From contig JBIOWP010000003.1 in assembly GCA_044868695.1 (NCBI GenBank), positions 1 to 10,706 of the forward strand: a DNA stretch of 10,706 bases, in the 5' to 3' direction. Positions 7,644 to 10,706 of the stretch are shown here, piece after piece. The position numbers and the translations under genes are program-made. The notes under the pieces are model-generated. The model did no database searches. It saw only the letters and a program-made list of their open reading frames with translations, and was not told the DNA's origin. The stretch's first letter is position 1; each line of letters starts with the position of its first letter. The DNA is from a bacterium. GTDB taxonomy: Bacteria > Sysuimicrobiota > Sysuimicrobiia > Sysuimicrobiales > Kaftiobacteriaceae.

Positions 7644-9251
7644 CTACCGCTGCGACATCCACGCATCATACACCCACGGGAAGAACCCGATGCTATCGAA
7701 CTCTAGGTCGTTGACGGCAGCGGATTTCAGCGAGATGTTGTCCCAGTTATAGACCGCGAGCATGTACGCTTTCTGCATGACGAGCCGCTGGACCCGGGCC
7801 AGGGTCTCGGCTCGCTTCGCCTCGTTAATCTCAACCGCCTGGGTGTCGAGGAGACGATCGAGATCGGTATCCTTCACGAACGAGAAGTTAAAGCCTCCGC
7901 CCCCGACGTTGCGGGAGTGCAGCAGCGCGCTGATAATGTCCGGGTCGCTGCGCGGCGCCGGCAGCGGTGACAGGAGCGTGACACTCTTCCGCTGGTTCTC
8001 GTTCACCGTCTGGATCGCGGTTCCCGTCGCGATGAAGAGCCTCACGTCCACCCCGATTTCCTTCAGCTGTGCCTGCATGACCTCCGGGACGCCGTGCTCC
8101 CAGGACCCCAGGGGCACCACGAGCCGGTTGCCGGCCTTGACGCGAATCCCGTCCGATCCGGGCTTCCAGCCCGCCTGGTCGAGCAACGCCCTCGCCTTCG
8201 CCGGGTCATACTTGTACAGGTCCGCCGCCGGATCAAAGGCGTAGGTGTAGGGCGTCAGCAGCCCGTACGCGGGGAGAAACGCTCCAAACTTCTGAAACGG
8301 CCCGAACACGGTTCGGACGATCGTCACCCTGTCCAGACCCAGGCTGAGGGCCTGGCGGACCGCGAGCTCGTTGGTGGGCGGCTTGGTGACATTCATCGCG
8401 AAGTCGAAGGGCACGCCCGGAACCAGGCCAACCAGGGGCTGGAAGCGCGGGCTCTTGGTCAGTCGATCAAAGTCCTGCGCCGGGGCGTTGTCGATGACGT
8501 GCACCTCGCCGTTCTCCAGGGCGGCAACCCGGGTGCTGTCCTCCGGGATCATCCTGAAGATAAGCCGGTCGACATACGCCGCCCCCTTGTGTTTGAGAAT
8601 CGGCGCCGGCCAGCCGTATGCGCCATACCTCTCGAGCGTGATGTGATCGTTGGGTATCCACTCAACAAACTTGAACGGGCCCGTGCCGACCGGGTTGCGG
8701 CCGAAGTCCTGGTCACCGGTCTTCCCGACCGCAGCGGGAGAGACCATGCGGTAATACAGGCTCGCCGCGTCCAGGAACGGCGCCCACGGCTGCGTCAGGT
8801 GGATCCTGACCGTCTGCGCATCGACAACTTCAGCGCGGTCGTAAAACCCGACCGCGCATCCGCCGCACCGGCTGGCAAGCTTGGGGTCGTGGGTCCGGTC
8901 GAAATTGAACTTAACGGCGGCGGCGTCGAAGGCCGTGCCATCGTGGAACTTCACGCCGGGCCGGAGTTTGAACGTATACACTTTGCCGTCAGGAGAGACT
9001 GACCAGCTCGTGGCCAGCCAGGGTTTGAACTTTTTGTCCTTCTTGTCCCGGACGATCAGCGGGTCGAAGATCTGAAAGAAGACGATCTGCGACGGGCGCA
9101 GGCCGGACAGGTTAGGGTCAAGACGATCCGGCTCGTCGCGGAGCGCATACACCAGGGTCCCGCCTCGCTGCGGCGAGGGCGCTGCGCCAACCGCGGAATA
9201 AGGGACCAACAGGGCAAGGACCACCAGCAGGGCGACGCCAACTCTTGCCAT
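7644..9251 (-). CDS. ABC transporter substrate-binding protein, family 5 (DppA/OppA/NikA-like), ~535 aa
   Basis: GGTL, LDP, LATSWSVSPDGKVYTFKLRPGVKFHDGTAFDAAAVKFNFDR, PVGTGPFKF, VRQALS, YDPAKARALLDQAGW. Start ATG 9251 has SD AGGAGG (9263-9258) at 6 nt spacing. Sec-type signal peptide MARVGVALLVVLALLVPYSAVGA without a lipobox Cys. Confidence 0.95.
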   Translation of the reverse strand: MARVGVALLVVLALLVPYSAVGAAPSPQRGGTLVYALRDEPDRLDPNLSGLRPSQIVFFQIFDPLIVRDKKDKKFKPWLATSWSVSPDGKVYTFKLRPGVKFHDGTAFDAAAVKFNFDRTHDPKLASRCGGCAVGFYDRAEVVDAQTVRIHLTQPWAPFLDAASLYYRMVSPAAVGKTGDQDFGRNPVGTGPFKFVEWIPNDHITLERYGAYGWPAPILKHKGAAYVDRLIFRMIPEDSTRVAALENGEVHVIDNAPAQDFDRLTKSPRFQPLVGLVPGVPFDFAMNVTKPPTNELAVRQALSLGLDRVTIVRTVFGPFQKFGAFLPAYGLLTPYTYAFDPAADLYKYDPAKARALLDQAGWKPGSDGIRVKAGNRLVVPLGSWEHGVPEVMQAQLKEIGVDVRLFIATGTAIQTVNENQRKSVTLLSPLPAPRSDPDIISALLHSRNVGGGGFNFSFVKDTDLDRLLDTQAVEINEAKRAETLARVQRLVMQKAYMLAVYNWDNISLKSAAVNDLEFDSIGFFPWVYDAWMSQR

Positions 9252-9322
9252 CCCATGCCTCCTCTGGACGGGCCACAAAGGCTTCAATCAATCCCACAAT
9301 GAGGAACGAAATCTCATATTCC

Positions 9323-9334
9323 TGATATAATATC
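9323..9334. promoter_or_regulatory. Divergent promoter core: extended -10 (TGnTATAAT) toward gntR overlapping palindrome GATAT-A-ATATC (candidate GntR operator)
   Basis: TGATATAAT at 9323-9331 on +; TATTAT on - at 9332-9327; inverted repeat GATAT/ATATC at 9324-9334; lies in an AT-rich patch between the divergent genes. Confidence 0.65.
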
Positions 9335-9390
9335 CGAAGTCCTTCTCTGAGGATGGCTGGGACAGTAGACGACACGTCCGGAGAGACGGC

Positions 9391-10098
9391 ATGAACACCA
9401 AGACCGGCATGTTTGCGCGAGTCGAAGCACCCAGGCTCGGCGATCAGGTTTACAACCACCTGATCGAGGCGATTGCGACGAACGCCCTGCCCGAGGGCGC
9501 GAGGATCCAGGAGGATGACCTCGTCGATCAGATGGGCGTGAGCAAGACGCCGATCCGCGAGGCCCTTCGGCGGCTCGAGGCAGAGGGGTTCCTCGTCGCC
9601 AACTCGCACCGCACTCCAGAGGTGCGCCGCCTGGATCGTGTAGACATTCTTGAGTTGTATAGCGTCAGGGAATACCTCGAACGGCTGGCGATTCGAGCGA
9701 CGACGGAGCAGGCAGACCCGAAGATCCTCTCCTCGCTCGAAGCTCTCCAGCGGAGCGCCGAGGAAGATCTCGCGTCGGGGCGTTCAATAGACATCAGCCA
9801 GTCGGTCTCGTACAACCAGAAGTTCCACCACCTGATCCTCGAAGGCGCCCGGAACCGGCGGGTGCAGCGGATGTACGGGCTCATCGATGTGGACATCCGC
9901 CGCCTCGCCTATCGCAGTATCCGGGTCACCGGCCGCCAGCGGGAGGCCGTCGAGCAGCACCGGACAATTCTCGAAGCAATGAAGAAGCGGGACGCCGACC
10001 TGGCTGAGACGCTCATTGCCCAGCATGTGCGGACGGCCAAAAACGACATCCTCCACGAGATTGAGGTCGCGGAGACGCGCCACGCCGGGGCTCCCTGA
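9391..10098 (+). CDS. GntR-family transcriptional regulator (FadR/FCD C-terminal domain), 235 aa
   Basis: wHTH LPEGARIQEDDLVDQMGVSKTPIREALRRLEAEG; FCD ELYSVREYLE, NQKFHHLI..GARN, EQHRTILEAMKKRDADLAE..IAQHV (Asn/His/His/His typical of FCD metal sites). SD GGAGA at 9380-9384. Confidence 0.96.
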   Translation: MNTKTGMFARVEAPRLGDQVYNHLIEAIATNALPEGARIQEDDLVDQMGVSKTPIREALRRLEAEGFLVANSHRTPEVRRLDRVDILELYSVREYLERLAIRATTEQADPKILSSLEALQRSAEEDLASGRSIDISQSVSYNQKFHHLILEGARNRRVQRMYGLIDVDIRRLAYRSIRVTGRQREAVEQHRTILEAMKKRDADLAETLIAQHVRTAKNDILHEIEVAETRHAGAP

Positions 10099-10109
10099 CC
10101 CGACGGCCG

Positions 10110-10706
10110 TCAGTCGACCACCAGGCGGGGATCGAGGATATCGCGAAGCTGATCCCCGATCGCATTCACGGCCAGCAGCGTTCCCGCCAGGGCCAGACCT
10201 GGCAGCGTGGCGATCCACCAGTGAGTCCGCACGAACCCCCGCGCGTCCCCCAGCATGCTTCCCCATTCGGGAGTCGGTGGCTGCGCCCCGAGGCCGAGGA
10301 AGCTGAGCGAGGCGCCGATCTGGATGGCCGCGGCGAATCCCAGGGTCATCAGCACCAGGACCGTGTGCCGAATGTTGGGCAGGATGTGGTACCGGATAAT
10401 CCGCCTGTCCGATGCACCGATCGCCCGGGTGGCCTCGATGTACGCGCTGCCGCCGACCACGAGCGTCGCGCTGCGCGTGATTCGTGTGAACGCCGGCGCC
10501 TGACCGACTCCGACGGCCACCATGGCGGTCATCAACCCCGGACCCAGAAGCGCGACGACGATAAGCGCGAGTAGGATGCCGGGAAAGGCGAGGAGCAGGT
10601 CGACGGCGCGCATGATGACCCGGTCAACGCGGCCGCGATAATATCCCGCAAGCATCCCCAGCCCTGTACTCAGCCCGATGCTGATCACGGTCGCCAGCAG
10701 GGCAAA
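10110..10706 (-). CDS. Second DppC/OppC-like ABC permease, 5' end outside the window
   Basis: AFPGILLAL, YIEATRAIGA...HILPN, SLSFLGLGAQPPTPEWG, GDQLRDILDPR. The frame is open to the window edge (FALLATVISIG...), so 10688 is not the true start. Confidence 0.93.
   Translation of the reverse strand, partial: FALLATVISIGLSTGLGMLAGYYRGRVDRVIMRAVDLLLAFPGILLALIVVALLGPGLMTAMVAVGVGQAPAFTRITRSATLVVGGSAYIEATRAIGASDRRIIRYHILPNIRHTVLVLMTLGFAAAIQIGASLSFLGLGAQPPTPEWGSMLGDARGFVRTHWWIATLPGLALAGTLLAVNAIGDQLRDILDPRLVVD

Noticed and set aside
4903..9002. Long plus-strand ORFs (4903..5955, 6501..7295, 8094..9002 and others)
   Set aside because: Antisense to well-supported genes; long shadow ORFs are expected at high GC; no domain motifs.
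10102..10111. Perfect 10-bp palindrome GACGGCCGTC between convergent genes
   Set aside because: No loop and too short for a terminator; plausible by chance in GC-rich DNA.
1..10706. CRISPR arrays, tRNA/rRNA, riboswitches, IS elements, tandem repeats
   Set aside because: None seen by eye; intergenic gaps are at most about 140 nt and no transposase or integrase motifs appear. An Rfam/Infernal scan was not run.

Overview
GC-rich bacterial window, almost entirely coding. Its core is a tightly packed minus-strand uptake/catabolic operon: family-5 (Dpp/Opp-type) solute-binding protein, isochorismatase-family cysteine hydrolase, DppB, DppC, gamma-glutamyltransferase-like Ntn hydrolase, creatininase-family metallo-amidohydrolase, RraA/HMG-aldolase-like protein and cupin. 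A GntR/FCD regulator is transcribed divergently, and the intergenic region holds an extended -10 inside a palindrome. The operon has no ABC ATPase. Several enzymes keep catalytic cores but lack the residues of their namesake enzymes, which suggests an uncharacterised C-N hydrolysis pathway. At the left edge, hand translation shows a >472-codon minus-strand helical/TPR-like regulator gene (1416 to <1) absent from the ORF track; a hairpin and a 7-codon SD-led mini-ORF overlapping its start lie upstream of it. At the right edge a second, partial DppC paralog converges on gntR. No RNA genes, CRISPR arrays or mobile elements were seen. All family calls come from motif recognition by eye, not database searches.
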